Assembly (NCBI GenBank): GCA_964007735.1
Contig: CAXGAI010000012.1
Coordinates: 62,001-116,991 of the forward strand
Origin: an uncultured Rhodopirellula sp.
GTDB lineage: Bacteria; Planctomycetota; Planctomycetia; Pirellulales; Pirellulaceae
Direction: 5' to 3'
Length of the DNA stretch: 54,991 nt
Notes under the pieces: generated by a model
Told to the model about the DNA's origin: nothing
Seen by the model: the letters and a program-made list of their open reading frames with translations, nothing else
Databases searched by the model: none
Shown here: positions 28,826 through 38,623 of the stretch, in pieces
Layout: each line of letters opens with the position of its first letter
Position numbering within the stretch: the first letter of the stretch is position 1
Position numbers and translations under genes: made by a program

Positions 28826-29860
28826 ATGGAAGCGATCAAAGTGAAGAAAATACGCACGCTGCTATATATAGCGACGTTATTGATGTTGGTGATTTCAGCC
28901 AGCGCAGATGACGGATTTTCAAAAGCTGTCTCCGTTGACAATGATCAACCGGTTATCAGTACAGTTAGCCTGCACCCGAATGGTAAGTTGCTGGTAACTG
29001 CTGGAGATGATCACGTCGTCCGCGTATGGGATCTGGTCAGCGGCGTACAAATCAGACAACACGAAGGCCATTCAGGCTGGATACGCAGTTCAGCCTTTAT
29101 CCCAAAGACAACTCATGTTTTAACTGCCGGAGATGATGGTAACGTCCATCTAATTGATGTTGCCAGTGGCGAGTTGAAACGCAAAGTTGCTTCTGTTGAT
29201 TTTGCCATTTCGCGAGTAGCCATTTCGCCCAATGGCAAAGTGGTTGCGATTGCCGGATTCTCAAAAGACCTAAGGCTGATCGAAATACAATCCGGTGATG
29301 TTATTCACTCCATCGATACTCAAACGGATGATGTTCGCGCTGTAGCCTTTTCCCGGTCCGGAAAAGTTGTGGCCTCTGGCGGTAGGGATGGGTTACTTCG
29401 GATTTGGTCGGTAGATACGGGGCGACAAGTTGGTGAGATAACGGCCCATCGAAGGCGGATCAGAGATATGCATTTTGTCGCTGATGACTCATTACTTGTT
29501 AGCATCTCGGATGATCGAACGATGTTCGTTGCGAACTTAGAAGATGCTGTTGCAAGTTTTCGTATTCCATTGGGAGGTGTTGTCCCATTTGCTCTGGCAG
29601 ACTGTCGAAATGATGAAGTTGCCGTGGGAGGAACGGACAATCAGATCGCGATTTGGAATTTGAAAAAACAGACTGTTCGGAAGGTCTTTCAGGGGCATAC
29701 CGGCAGCGTCACGTCACTGGACTATATCTCTCGGGCAGATGGCTTGGGAGGCATTGTTGTATCCGGCAGTTTTGATACTTCGGTTAGGACCTGGCCCTTG
29801 GGACCGGTAAATCCTGTGCGAGTGCGAGTTAGTGAGAAGTCATCGGCCTCCCCTAAGTAA
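28826..29860 (+). CDS. secreted WD40-repeat protein
   Basis: Signal peptide and repeated GH/AH...SGS.D..VR.W motifs (about 7 blades). Confidence 0.88.
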   Translation: MEAIKVKKIRTLLYIATLLMLVISASADDGFSKAVSVDNDQPVISTVSLHPNGKLLVTAGDDHVVRVWDLVSGVQIRQHEGHSGWIRSSAFIPKTTHVLTAGDDGNVHLIDVASGELKRKVASVDFAISRVAISPNGKVVAIAGFSKDLRLIEIQSGDVIHSIDTQTDDVRAVAFSRSGKVVASGGRDGLLRIWSVDTGRQVGEITAHRRRIRDMHFVADDSLLVSISDDRTMFVANLEDAVASFRIPLGGVVPFALADCRNDEVAVGGTDNQIAIWNLKKQTVRKVFQGHTGSVTSLDYISRADGLGGIVVSGSFDTSVRTWPLGPVNPVRVRVSEKSSASPK

Positions 29861-29867
29861 ATATCCA

Positions 29868-32831
29868 ATGAAAAAATTCACGACCACATTGAAATCAATA
29901 CTTCGCCGCGATCCCCAATCGCGTCGCCAGCTCATTGCTGCGCAACTTGGTGGATACGAATTGCTGGAAGCACGCTGCTTGCTTGCTGCGGATGTATTGC
30001 AACTTGGGGTTGTCTATACCGAGAATGATTTTGGTTCGGATGCCAGTGGGGATACGCTCGAGATTACATTTGCTCATGGAGTTCCCAACACTGAGTTGAC
30101 GCGAATGATTATTCATGGTGATCACAATAAGATTGGATTTGATTCAGGTGATATCATCTTTGATGTTCATGGGCAGGGTATTGGAGCTGATCAGGCCTTT
30201 CCGTTCACAATTGCGCAACTGACGACCCAAGATCCAGCCGCTACGGTTACCGCTACCGTGCAGGATGGAAGTAGTACCCTTATTTTGGATTTTCAGAACT
30301 TTGTTGCAGGCGATCGAGTTGTTTTAGAACTTGATGTCGACGAAGTGGAAATCGCTCTTAATGGTTCGGCTGCTGATAAAAATGAGGGTATTGATCCGAT
30401 CACTTCGGGGATCGAATTTCAGGGAGTTCGGATCGTAGCAGAGTTTGCCGCCGAAAGCTATTTGGACGCCGGGTCTATGGGGGTCTTTCGTAATCGATAC
30501 GACGCAGCTTTACAGATCTCCTCATTAGATCTTCCTGAAGACGATGCCCATGGAATGCGAGACCGAACAGCGGCCGCGTTTCTGTCGGTCACTCAGGTAC
30601 CGTTACCGGTCGGTATTACCGGCTCAGTATTTTTAGATATCGATAACAACCAACAACGCGACAAACAGGATCCTCCTCTTGAAAATGTACAAATCGAACT
30701 CTGGAAACTCGAATCAGCCGGCTATGTTCCCACAGGAAAAATCACAACGACTGACGCAAGTGGTGCGTATGGTTTTAGAAGCCTCGAAGTCGGTACCTAC
30801 GAAGTCAGAGAAGTCCAACCAGGCGGGGTGATTGATAGTGTTGCGTTTGCAGGGGAATTAAACGGACAAGTCGCCGGAACGGTACTGAATCCAAATGTTG
30901 TCTCCGGCATTGTCATATCGTCCGGTGGAAGTGAAGTCCGGGGTGTTGATTTTGCCGAGACGGATTGGGCCAAAGTACGTGGCGTTGTGTCCTCGGATAG
31001 TTACGGCCCGCTGGGTAATGTGACCGTACAACTCGTGTGTAACGATGGGGAATTGATAAGGACGACGGTCACGGACAATGCCGGTGTTTATGTGTTTGAA
31101 GAAGTCACTCCTGGCGCATGCTGGCTAAATGAAACAACTCCCGCAGGGTTTTTAGATGGACCGGATTTCCCCGGAACGGTCAATGGTGTTTCTCAAGGTG
31201 TTTCGGACGGGATCGATAGTCTGGGCCCAATCGAACTGCTTGCAGGTGATGAGGCTGTCGAGTACAACTTCACCGAAATTCGTCCGGCAGCACTCTCGGG
31301 GATCGTCTTCCGTGATGGAGACGCGTACGTTGTTCATACTGAGGAAGCTGTTCGCTTTAGAGGTGACGGTAAACTTGATAGTGAGGATCTGAGGATTTCA
31401 GGTGTGACGATGATTCTGACAAATCATCGAAGTGGTGAGCAAATAGAGGTAATTACCAATCACCGTGGTGAGTTTACCTTTCGAGGGCTGGAACCAGGGA
31501 AATATACGCTTCAGCAAATTCAGCCCGAAGGCTATTACGACGGTCCGGACTACGTCGGTTCAAGTCAGGGCAATGTAGATTCGGCCGCGGATACGATTCA
31601 CAGCATCGATCTCCCTGCTGGCCAGATTGCGACAGATTATCTGTTTAGCGAGTATCAGGCCGAAATTATTCCGATCTCCGTTCCTGACGAGCGGAACCCG
31701 GAAAATGAGGACTGGGGAGATTCTCCGGAGTCAAGTGTTGGGACGGTGAAGGCACCTGCAGGAATTAAGGGGCAGACCGATGATTCGGCGAGACAAAATA
31801 TGAATGACCGTCGTCAGATCACCATTTACCCGGCGCAGAATACCATGCGATTAACGGCAAATGCATGGCATTTGAGTGTTATTGATGGAGGAAATCCGCG
31901 TGGTGAATTACGTCCCGCTAACGTTGGTCAGTTGAGTATGGTGTCGACGGAGATCGTTAATGTAGATGCCCGTTGGAATCCGGCAACAATGAATTCGGGA
32001 CATTGGGAAGCCTTATCTATTTGGGGTGACCCAATTGATTTACAACACGTTGTACTTGGAGATGCCAATGCCCAACCGTTGGCCGGTGACTTTAACGGAG
32101 ATGGAATTACGGATGTCGCCATTTTCGTTGATGGTTATTGGTTCATTGATATTAATGGCAACGGAAAATGGGATGAAGAGGATTTGTGGGCCCGAATGGG
32201 GAATCACGAAGATCAACCTGTTGTTGGCGACTGGGATGGTGACGGTAAAGACGATATTGGAATTTTTGGCCTCCAGTGGCCAGGCGATGATGCAATTGTT
32301 GAGCAGGAACCGGGGTTACCTGATGCTGCCAATAAAATCCAAAAGATACTCCCCAAGAATGTACCACCGAAAGAATCGGTTGCTTCTCGTCGCCGCTTAC
32401 TCCAGAAGTCATCAGCAGGACAGGTTCGTGCTGATGTTGTGGACCATGTATTCCAATATGGTCGTCAGAATGAGATTGCGATTGCTGGTGATTGGAATGG
32501 GGATGGCGTTGTAAACATTGGTACCTACCGGGATGGAACCTGGAAATTAGATCGTAATGGTGACGGCCGCATCTCCAACGGGGATGAAATTTTTCAGTTG
32601 GGTACGCCTGATGATCTGCCAATCGTCGGAGACTTTGATGGTGATGGTATTGATGATCTGGGAATTTACCGGGATGGTGTCTGGAAGATTGATCTGGATG
32701 GCGACCGGGACTTCAATTCCGTGGATGAAGTTTTTCAGCATGGTGCTCCCGGAGACACCCCTATCGTTGGGGACTTTGACGGTGATGGTGTAGATGATAT
32801 CGCCGTCTATCGGGCAAACAAAGCCGGATAA
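29868..32831 (+). CDS. surface protein with planctomycete extracellular motif, SdrD-B-like repeats and FG-GAP/VCBS-like Ca-binding repeats
   Basis: ELLEARCLLA motif, three SdrD-B-like units (e.g. TTTDASGAYGFRSLEVGTYEVREVQP) and multiple GD(F/W)(N/D)GDG.DD repeats at the C-terminus. Start ATG 29868. Confidence 0.85.
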   Translation: MKKFTTTLKSILRRDPQSRRQLIAAQLGGYELLEARCLLAADVLQLGVVYTENDFGSDASGDTLEITFAHGVPNTELTRMIIHGDHNKIGFDSGDIIFDVHGQGIGADQAFPFTIAQLTTQDPAATVTATVQDGSSTLILDFQNFVAGDRVVLELDVDEVEIALNGSAADKNEGIDPITSGIEFQGVRIVAEFAAESYLDAGSMGVFRNRYDAALQISSLDLPEDDAHGMRDRTAAAFLSVTQVPLPVGITGSVFLDIDNNQQRDKQDPPLENVQIELWKLESAGYVPTGKITTTDASGAYGFRSLEVGTYEVREVQPGGVIDSVAFAGELNGQVAGTVLNPNVVSGIVISSGGSEVRGVDFAETDWAKVRGVVSSDSYGPLGNVTVQLVCNDGELIRTTVTDNAGVYVFEEVTPGACWLNETTPAGFLDGPDFPGTVNGVSQGVSDGIDSLGPIELLAGDEAVEYNFTEIRPAALSGIVFRDGDAYVVHTEEAVRFRGDGKLDSEDLRISGVTMILTNHRSGEQIEVITNHRGEFTFRGLEPGKYTLQQIQPEGYYDGPDYVGSSQGNVDSAADTIHSIDLPAGQIATDYLFSEYQAEIIPISVPDERNPENEDWGDSPESSVGTVKAPAGIKGQTDDSARQNMNDRRQITIYPAQNTMRLTANAWHLSVIDGGNPRGELRPANVGQLSMVSTEIVNVDARWNPATMNSGHWEALSIWGDPIDLQHVVLGDANAQPLAGDFNGDGITDVAIFVDGYWFIDINGNGKWDEEDLWARMGNHEDQPVVGDWDGDGKDDIGIFGLQWPGDDAIVEQEPGLPDAANKIQKILPKNVPPKESVASRRRLLQKSSAGQVRADVVDHVFQYGRQNEIAIAGDWNGDGVVNIGTYRDGTWKLDRNGDGRISNGDEIFQLGTPDDLPIVGDFDGDGIDDLGIYRDGVWKIDLDGDRDFNSVDEVFQHGAPGDTPIVGDFDGDGVDDIAVYRANKAG

Positions 32832-32857
32832 TATTGACACCTCAAGTAAATTACCGG

Positions 32858-33028
32858 TCACGCATTCTTCAGCGTTTCCGCTTCGGAGGTGATTTTTGCT
32901 AGCTCTGTTTCCAGAGCTTCCAATTCTCCAGGCTCGTCGTTCTGCTGTTTGACACACATGATTTTGTGTTGCAGGTCTTTCTGTTTCTTGCGAATGACCG
33001 CAAGGCGTTTCTTAGCTTTTTTGTCCAT
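32858..33028 (-). CDS. small coiled-coil protein, 56 aa (not in ORF track)
   Basis: Read directly: MDKKAKKRLAVIRKKQKDLQHKIMCVKQQNDEPGELEALETELAKITSEAETLKNA. AAGGA RBS, 12 nt after the upstream stop, TGA at 32858-32860. Confidence 0.75.
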   Translation of the reverse strand: MDKKAKKRLAVIRKKQKDLQHKIMCVKQQNDEPGELEALETELAKITSEAETLKNA

Positions 33029-33040
33029 GGTTGAGGATCC

Positions 33041-33568
33041 TTATTCGTTGGCAAAGGGAGCAGCAGCGGGGGTGGGTGGCGCGACTGTTGGTGTTGTCGT
33101 TGCGGGGGTATCTGTCTTGGAAGGCAGGTCCCGTGGAGCAACTTTCATAACCCCGGCACAAAGGACTATCGCAATTGCTGCAAGCATGTTGATTTTTCCC
33201 CAGAGTACTTCATTTTGTTGGAATTTAAGGGCTTCTTCACTGCGGCCTGTAAGTAGCGAACTGACATAGAAGACAACCGCTACTAACACAAGTTTTATAA
33301 CGAATGCACCCGTATACAGCGGATGAAGATCGCCTTGATAGGCTAGAAAGGCATTATAAAAACCGCTGATGATAATAATCCCCGCACAAATCATGATGAC
33401 TTTAGCCCAGGTGCGTTTGATCTTTCCTTTAACTTGCGTGGCATCACTATTTTCACGTAATGCCGGAATCAAAACCGTGTTCATGAAGATAGCTCCACCA
33501 ACCAAAATAATGGAGGGAAGAATATGGGCCCAGCGGGAGAGAAGTTTAATGTAATCAATAGATTCCAT
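33041..33568 (-). CDS. 4-TM membrane protein (CopD/DUF2269-like)
   Basis: LSRWAHIL...GGAIF, SGFYN and four hydrophobic helices. Confidence 0.7.
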   Translation of the reverse strand: MESIDYIKLLSRWAHILPSIILVGGAIFMNTVLIPALRENSDATQVKGKIKRTWAKVIMICAGIIIISGFYNAFLAYQGDLHPLYTGAFVIKLVLVAVVFYVSSLLTGRSEEALKFQQNEVLWGKINMLAAIAIVLCAGVMKVAPRDLPSKTDTPATTTPTVAPPTPAAAPFANE

Positions 33569-33579
33569 AGTAAGGTTCT

Positions 33580-34845
33580 TTACTGCCCCATAGATTGATA
33601 AGTTGTTTTAGCGAGTTCGAGAGCCTGCTCGATCGAATTGACTTTACCCTGCAGTTGCTGATCCCTTACCTGTTTAAGCACTTTAGAGAATGCGGGCCCC
33701 GGCGTCATGCCCAATTCAATAAGATCGGCTCCACTCAATAGTTCGGGCGGATTCAAGTTCTCCGGGCTAAGTGCCAGCTTTTCTTCACAGAATTGAATTC
33801 CGGAAGGGTCCGTTTTTGCAGTTAAAACGATTGCTTTGGCAAGCGCTAACGTGTCGCTTGCAAGTGGGTGGACGAGTGTACGCTGCACTTTTGGCCAGAA
33901 CTCGGTAGAGGCTGAAATCAGCTGCGTGATATGTTGCAGTATCCAGAACGCACTCTCAGCCACTTCATTGGAAGTTTTCATGGACTTGATGGTACGACGA
34001 ATATCTGTGGCGGTGAGTTCTGGTGAAAGAATATGGTAGATGGCTGCAAAAGTGAGTGCGAGTTTGTTTGCCGGCAACTGAGCTAATACTGACTTTAGCA
34101 GAAGGATGGCTTTAGCCTCAGCATTCGTTTTCGGCAGAACATACGGAAGAATACCAGTTTCACACAGCAGGTCGATCCCCCGCAGACGGTGTTGGGAGGA
34201 AAGCGTTTTTTCCAATTCAACAAGTATCCGTTCACGCGATACTTGATTTAAGTTGTCGACATGACGACAGACAGCATCGAGGGTGTTCCGTTCGATCTGG
34301 AAGTTAAGCGTCGTTGCGAAACGAATGGCACGGAAAATTCTAAGTTTGTCTTCTTCAAAACGTTCAGCCGGATCACCGATAGCCTGGATTTGACGTGCTT
34401 TCAGATCTGTCAGACCACCCACATAGTCCAGAGTTTCCATGGTCTCAGGATCAAGAAACATACCATTGATTGTAAAGTCACGACGATGCGCATCTGCTTC
34501 AGGAGTACTAAAGCTAATCTTGTCGGGTCGGCGTCCATCGGTGTAAGACTCGTCTTCACGGAAAGTGGCGATTTCAATGTTCCCTTGCTCTTTGGAACCA
34601 ATCAGTGTAATCACCCCAAAAGAAGCTCCGATGGCCAGCGTACGTTTCTTACCGAAGAGCTCTTGAATCTCGTTCGGCAGCGCATTGGTTGCGACATCGA
34701 AGTCTTTAGGCCTGACTTGTAAGTGATGATCGCGCACACATCCGCCAGCCCAATAGGAAATAAAGTTTGCTTCGCGTAGTTTTCGCACTGTTTTCACAGC
34801 AAACTCACGAGCTTTTTCGGCGTCAATGGATTGCGTGCTGGCCAT
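33580..34845 (-). CDS. cca: class II tRNA nucleotidyltransferase (CCA-adding enzyme family)
   Basis: AGGCVRD, KDFDVAT, EIATFR, RRDFTIN, RFEEDKLRIFRAIRF and SRERI. Lacks the poly(A) polymerase GRRF signature (has GASF). Confidence 0.85.
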   Translation of the reverse strand: MASTQSIDAEKAREFAVKTVRKLREANFISYWAGGCVRDHHLQVRPKDFDVATNALPNEIQELFGKKRTLAIGASFGVITLIGSKEQGNIEIATFREDESYTDGRRPDKISFSTPEADAHRRDFTINGMFLDPETMETLDYVGGLTDLKARQIQAIGDPAERFEEDKLRIFRAIRFATTLNFQIERNTLDAVCRHVDNLNQVSRERILVELEKTLSSQHRLRGIDLLCETGILPYVLPKTNAEAKAILLLKSVLAQLPANKLALTFAAIYHILSPELTATDIRRTIKSMKTSNEVAESAFWILQHITQLISASTEFWPKVQRTLVHPLASDTLALAKAIVLTAKTDPSGIQFCEEKLALSPENLNPPELLSGADLIELGMTPGPAFSKVLKQVRDQQLQGKVNSIEQALELAKTTYQSMGQ

Positions 34846-34912
34846 AGATAGAACATAACAGTTTGAGTGAAATTATGTAGTCGTTGAAGGATTGAAAATT
34901 GAGGATGCAGTC

Positions 34913-35251
34913 ATGAGCGAATTAGGATTAGAGATTTCCGTTGCTGAAACAAAGGCGCTTCTGGATTCAGAGGCGGATTTTTATTTCATGGATTGTCGCG
35001 AGCAAAACGAATGGGACTATGTCAGCATTGAGGGAGCTGAGTTGCTTCCCATGAGTGAAATTCAGGGTCGAATTGACGAGTTGGAGTCACAGAAGGAACG
35101 CCACATAGTCATTCATTGCCACCATGGAGGACGTAGTTTGCAAGTTGCTCAATGGTTGCGTCAACAGGGTTTTGCACAAGCGCAAAGTATGGCTGGTGGG
35201 ATTGATGTTTGGAGTCAGGAAATTGACGGTTCTAAACCACGGTATTCCTAA
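34913..35251 (+). CDS. single-domain rhodanese/sulfurtransferase
   Basis: DCREQNEW, active-site loop CHHGGRS and SMAGGIDVW. GAGGA RBS before ATG 34913. Confidence 0.9.
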   Translation: MSELGLEISVAETKALLDSEADFYFMDCREQNEWDYVSIEGAELLPMSEIQGRIDELESQKERHIVIHCHHGGRSLQVAQWLRQQGFAQAQSMAGGIDVWSQEIDGSKPRYS

Positions 35252-35295
35252 TTAACCGACAGGATCGTGTTGAAATTTAAGAATAGAGGGCTGTG

Positions 35296-36285
35296 ATGAC
35301 AACGGCATTTGTAACTGGGCCGACGGGATGTATTGGCGCTGCGACCGTACAGTATTTGTTGGACCATGGTGTGCAGCATGTGGTGGGGATGAGTCGCAAA
35401 AAGAACTTGAGTCGTCTGGAACCTGAGTATCACGACCGCTTGGAATTCATTGAGGGGGATATTACAGTGCTGGAACAGGTGCAGGATGCCATTTCATCCA
35501 TTGAGCCTGAATTGATTATTCATTTGGCGGCACTCCAGACTCCGGATTGCATGGCCCATCCGCTTCAGGGAATGGAAGTCAACGTGGTCGGGACTCGTAA
35601 TGTTGTCCAGGCGGCTTACCAGTTGGGAGACAAGTTAGAACGATTGGTTTTGGCGAGTAGTTCGGCAGTCTACGGTCCACGTGATATGTATCCGAGTGAA
35701 ACGGTTATGGCAGACGTCCCGTACAGTCCGGCAAATCTTTATGGGTATTGGAAAGTATGTAATGAAGGGATGGGACAGGCCTTTCATCGAGAGACCGGGA
35801 TTTCCACCGTTTGTATTAGACTCTCAACCTGTTATGGACCCGGACGGGATTTGGGTATGACCTCGGCACCGACTGCCATGCTGAAATGTGCCGCGGCGGG
35901 TAAGTCATTCCGTATGCCTTACCAAGGTCGTGAACATTTTCACTTTGTGGGAGATGTGGGAGCGGGCTTTGCGGAAGCAGCTTTGGCCCCTTTTGATGGA
36001 TACGGAGTTTTTAATTTGCGTGGAATCACGATTCACACAGAAGCATTCATTGAGACAATAAGGTCTGTTGCGGCGGACCTGGGTGTGATGGATTTGGATA
36101 TTGGGATTGCACAGGGCGCTCAGGGAATGCCATTTGTGAATGATCTGGATGCCGAGGCTTCTCTTGCCGCATTTCCCAATATGCCTCTTACCTCGATTCA
36201 AGACGGGATCCAGATTTCGCTTCAGGCATTCCAGGCAATGGCTGAGGCCGGGGAATTGGATGCTGCATACAACCCGGGTGGTTAG
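35296..36285 (+). CDS. NAD-dependent epimerase/dehydratase (extended SDR)
   Basis: TGPTGCIG, IHLAA, ASSSAVYG, YGYWK (YxxxK) and YGPGRD. Confidence 0.88.
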   Translation: MTTAFVTGPTGCIGAATVQYLLDHGVQHVVGMSRKKNLSRLEPEYHDRLEFIEGDITVLEQVQDAISSIEPELIIHLAALQTPDCMAHPLQGMEVNVVGTRNVVQAAYQLGDKLERLVLASSSAVYGPRDMYPSETVMADVPYSPANLYGYWKVCNEGMGQAFHRETGISTVCIRLSTCYGPGRDLGMTSAPTAMLKCAAAGKSFRMPYQGREHFHFVGDVGAGFAEAALAPFDGYGVFNLRGITIHTEAFIETIRSVAADLGVMDLDIGIAQGAQGMPFVNDLDAEASLAAFPNMPLTSIQDGIQISLQAFQAMAEAGELDAAYNPGG

Positions 36286-36306
36286 GATGAAGATAGGATT
36301 TGAAAA

Positions 36307-37527
36307 ATGAACTGCTGCTGTCAATTTCGTGTGTCTCTCATCATTTTGTTTTTTGGGCAGGTTCTGGCCAGTGGGCAGCAACTTGTTCAGGTCCCGGTTT
36401 CCGAGCGTGCTCAGAGGATACATAACAGCACCTTTGTGTTCGATGGACATAATGACTTGCCCTATACCTTGCGCAAAGACGCTTCTTCTTCGTTTACAAA
36501 AATGGACATTTCGAAGTCCCAGCCGTCGATCCACACAGATATTCCCAGATTGCGTAAAGGGAATGTTGGAGCTCAGTACTGGTCCGTTTATGTACCCGCT
36601 TCCACGGCATATCGGGGTGAAGCATTGAGCCAAACATTGGAGCAAATCGATATTGTCCATGCAATGGTCGAAAAGTATCCGGAAACGTTTGCTCTCACTC
36701 GTAACTACCAGCAAATTGTTGCCGCTCGTCGAGAGGGGAAAATTGCTTCACTCATTGGAGTCGAAGGTGGGCATTCGATAGAGGATTCCATGGCCAATTT
36801 GCATCGCCTATTTGATCTTGGTGCGCGTTATATGACGCTGACTCATTCTGATACTCTTAGTTGGGCGGATTCAGCAACGGACGAAAATAAACACGATGGT
36901 CTGAACGAATTCGGAGAAGCCGTTGTTTTTGAGATGAATAAGATCGGGATGATTATTGACTTGTCCCATGTATCGGAAGCAACAATGCATGATGCTCTGG
37001 ACATATCGATCGCCCCAATTATGTTTTCGCATTCCTCGGCGCGTAGCGTTGCCAATCATGTTCGTAACGTGCCTGATGCTGTGTTGGAACGTATAAGTAA
37101 AAACGGTGGAATTGTGATGGTTAATTTCTTCTCGGGCTTTGTCGATCCGGAAGCTGCAGAGATTATGTCGAATATGTTTGATGTCTCAAGGGAATTACGT
37201 AAAAAGTTTGAAGACGATGATGAATATAGCGCCGCGATGACTCGCTGGCGTACGGCCAATCCGTATCCGCCCGGAACGATTTATGATGTGGTCGACCATA
37301 TTGACCATTTGGTGAAAGTAGCTGGTGTCGAACATGTTGGGATTGGCTCGGATTATGATGGTGTATCCAAATTACCTTTAGGTCTGGAAGACGTTTCAAC
37401 CTACCCGCGTATCACTCAATTATTGCTGGACCGTGGATATTCCCGACGGAATATTGGTAGGATCATGAGCGGAAATATGATGCGGGTAATTAGACAGGTA
37501 GAACGTGTGGCTACCACGGCGAAATAA
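36307..37527 (+). CDS. secreted membrane dipeptidase (peptidase M19)
   Basis: Signal peptide plus FDGHNDLP, GAQYWSVY, GVEGGH, RYMTLTH, DLSHVS, SHSSA and GIGSDYDG. Confidence 0.93.
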   Translation: MNCCCQFRVSLIILFFGQVLASGQQLVQVPVSERAQRIHNSTFVFDGHNDLPYTLRKDASSSFTKMDISKSQPSIHTDIPRLRKGNVGAQYWSVYVPASTAYRGEALSQTLEQIDIVHAMVEKYPETFALTRNYQQIVAARREGKIASLIGVEGGHSIEDSMANLHRLFDLGARYMTLTHSDTLSWADSATDENKHDGLNEFGEAVVFEMNKIGMIIDLSHVSEATMHDALDISIAPIMFSHSSARSVANHVRNVPDAVLERISKNGGIVMVNFFSGFVDPEAAEIMSNMFDVSRELRKKFEDDDEYSAAMTRWRTANPYPPGTIYDVVDHIDHLVKVAGVEHVGIGSDYDGVSKLPLGLEDVSTYPRITQLLLDRGYSRRNIGRIMSGNMMRVIRQVERVATTAK

Positions 37528-37561
37528 TATCCACCTTTGACGGACAGATTGGGGTGCTCTC

Positions 37562-38542
37562 ATGAAGCAATTAGAACTCGTTATGGCTTTATCTCTAATG
37601 GTCTTTTTCGGAGCCTTGGCTATGGCAAATGGAAAACAAACTGAATATGCCATTGTGATTCATGGGGGAGCAGGCAGCGCAACGACGGACCCTGTCGTTA
37701 TTGCCGCCCGGCAAGCAGTTTTGGAGAAGGCATTGGGAATAGGTATTGCCACTCTGGAAGCAGGTGATACGAGTCTGGATGCCGTGGAAAAGGTAATCCG
37801 TATTTTGGAAGATTCTCCGTTGTTTAATGCCGGACGAGGAGGCGTTCTGACAGCCAAAGGAACGAACGAACTGGATGCCACGATCATGAATGGTAAAACT
37901 CGTGCTTGTGGTGCGGTTGGCGGTGTCACGAAAGTGAAAAATCCAATCTCTCTGGCTCGCAAGGTGATGATTGAAACGAGGCATGTTTTACTTGTGGCTG
38001 AAGGAGCAGATGTCTTTGCCACTGATTTAGATGATCCGATGATTGAAATTGTGGAGCCCGAGTATTTCCGAACAGAAAAACAAGTCGAACGTTTACGTCG
38101 GATAAGAGAGAAAGAACAGCTGAGTGATAGAGAAAAAATGGGAACCGTTGGGTGCGTGGCTCTTGATAAGTATGGCAATATTGCTGCCGGTACTTCAACC
38201 GGTGGTTTGGTGAACAAAAAGCATGGAAGGCTTGGCGATTCACCGATCATTGGGGCCGGAACTTATGCGGATAATACGACTTGTGGTATCTCCTGTACGG
38301 GCGTAGGTGAAGACTTTATTCGCAATGCGATTGCCTATGATATCCACGCTCGGATGCGTTATGGCAAGCAGAAAATGGAATCGGCGGTGAAAGACGTCTT
38401 GAACAATGAAAAGCACCCGATTGTGGGAGGTATTATTGGGATTGATCATCGAGGTTTCATAACGATGCAGTTTAATACCGGTGGTATGGCTCGAGCTGCA
38501 GCCGACTCGAAGGGCCTGCATCTCATTGAGGTGGGCAAGTAA
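37562..38542 (+). CDS. iaaA: isoaspartyl peptidase / plant-type L-asparaginase (Ntn hydrolase)
   Basis: IVIHGGAG, LEDSPLFNAGRG, autocleavage site MG|TVGCVA, GTSTGG and GRLGDSPIIGAGTYA. N-terminal signal peptide. Confidence 0.92.
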   Translation: MKQLELVMALSLMVFFGALAMANGKQTEYAIVIHGGAGSATTDPVVIAARQAVLEKALGIGIATLEAGDTSLDAVEKVIRILEDSPLFNAGRGGVLTAKGTNELDATIMNGKTRACGAVGGVTKVKNPISLARKVMIETRHVLLVAEGADVFATDLDDPMIEIVEPEYFRTEKQVERLRRIREKEQLSDREKMGTVGCVALDKYGNIAAGTSTGGLVNKKHGRLGDSPIIGAGTYADNTTCGISCTGVGEDFIRNAIAYDIHARMRYGKQKMESAVKDVLNNEKHPIVGGIIGIDHRGFITMQFNTGGMARAAADSKGLHLIEVGK

Positions 38543-38623
38543 TTCACTTAGTTGGTTAACAAAATTGATGGCCGGAGATATAACTGAATTAATCATTCAC
38601 CTTTATTTCAGGATTTCAGAATA

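Noticed and set aside
32060..32810. Recurrent GGTGA/CTTTGA(C/T)GG-type nucleotide repeats
   Set aside because: Explained by the encoded GDFDGDG protein repeats; there is no constant repeat-spacer pattern, so not CRISPR.
33580..34845. Possible poly(A) polymerase (pcnB)
   Set aside because: The PAP-specific G(R/K)(R/K)F signature is absent (GASF), which favours a tRNA nucleotidyltransferase.
35905..36714. 269-aa antisense ORF (similarly 5924-6517, 37660-38250, 49328-49981)
   Set aside because: These are shadow ORFs opposite well-supported genes and show no recognisable motifs.
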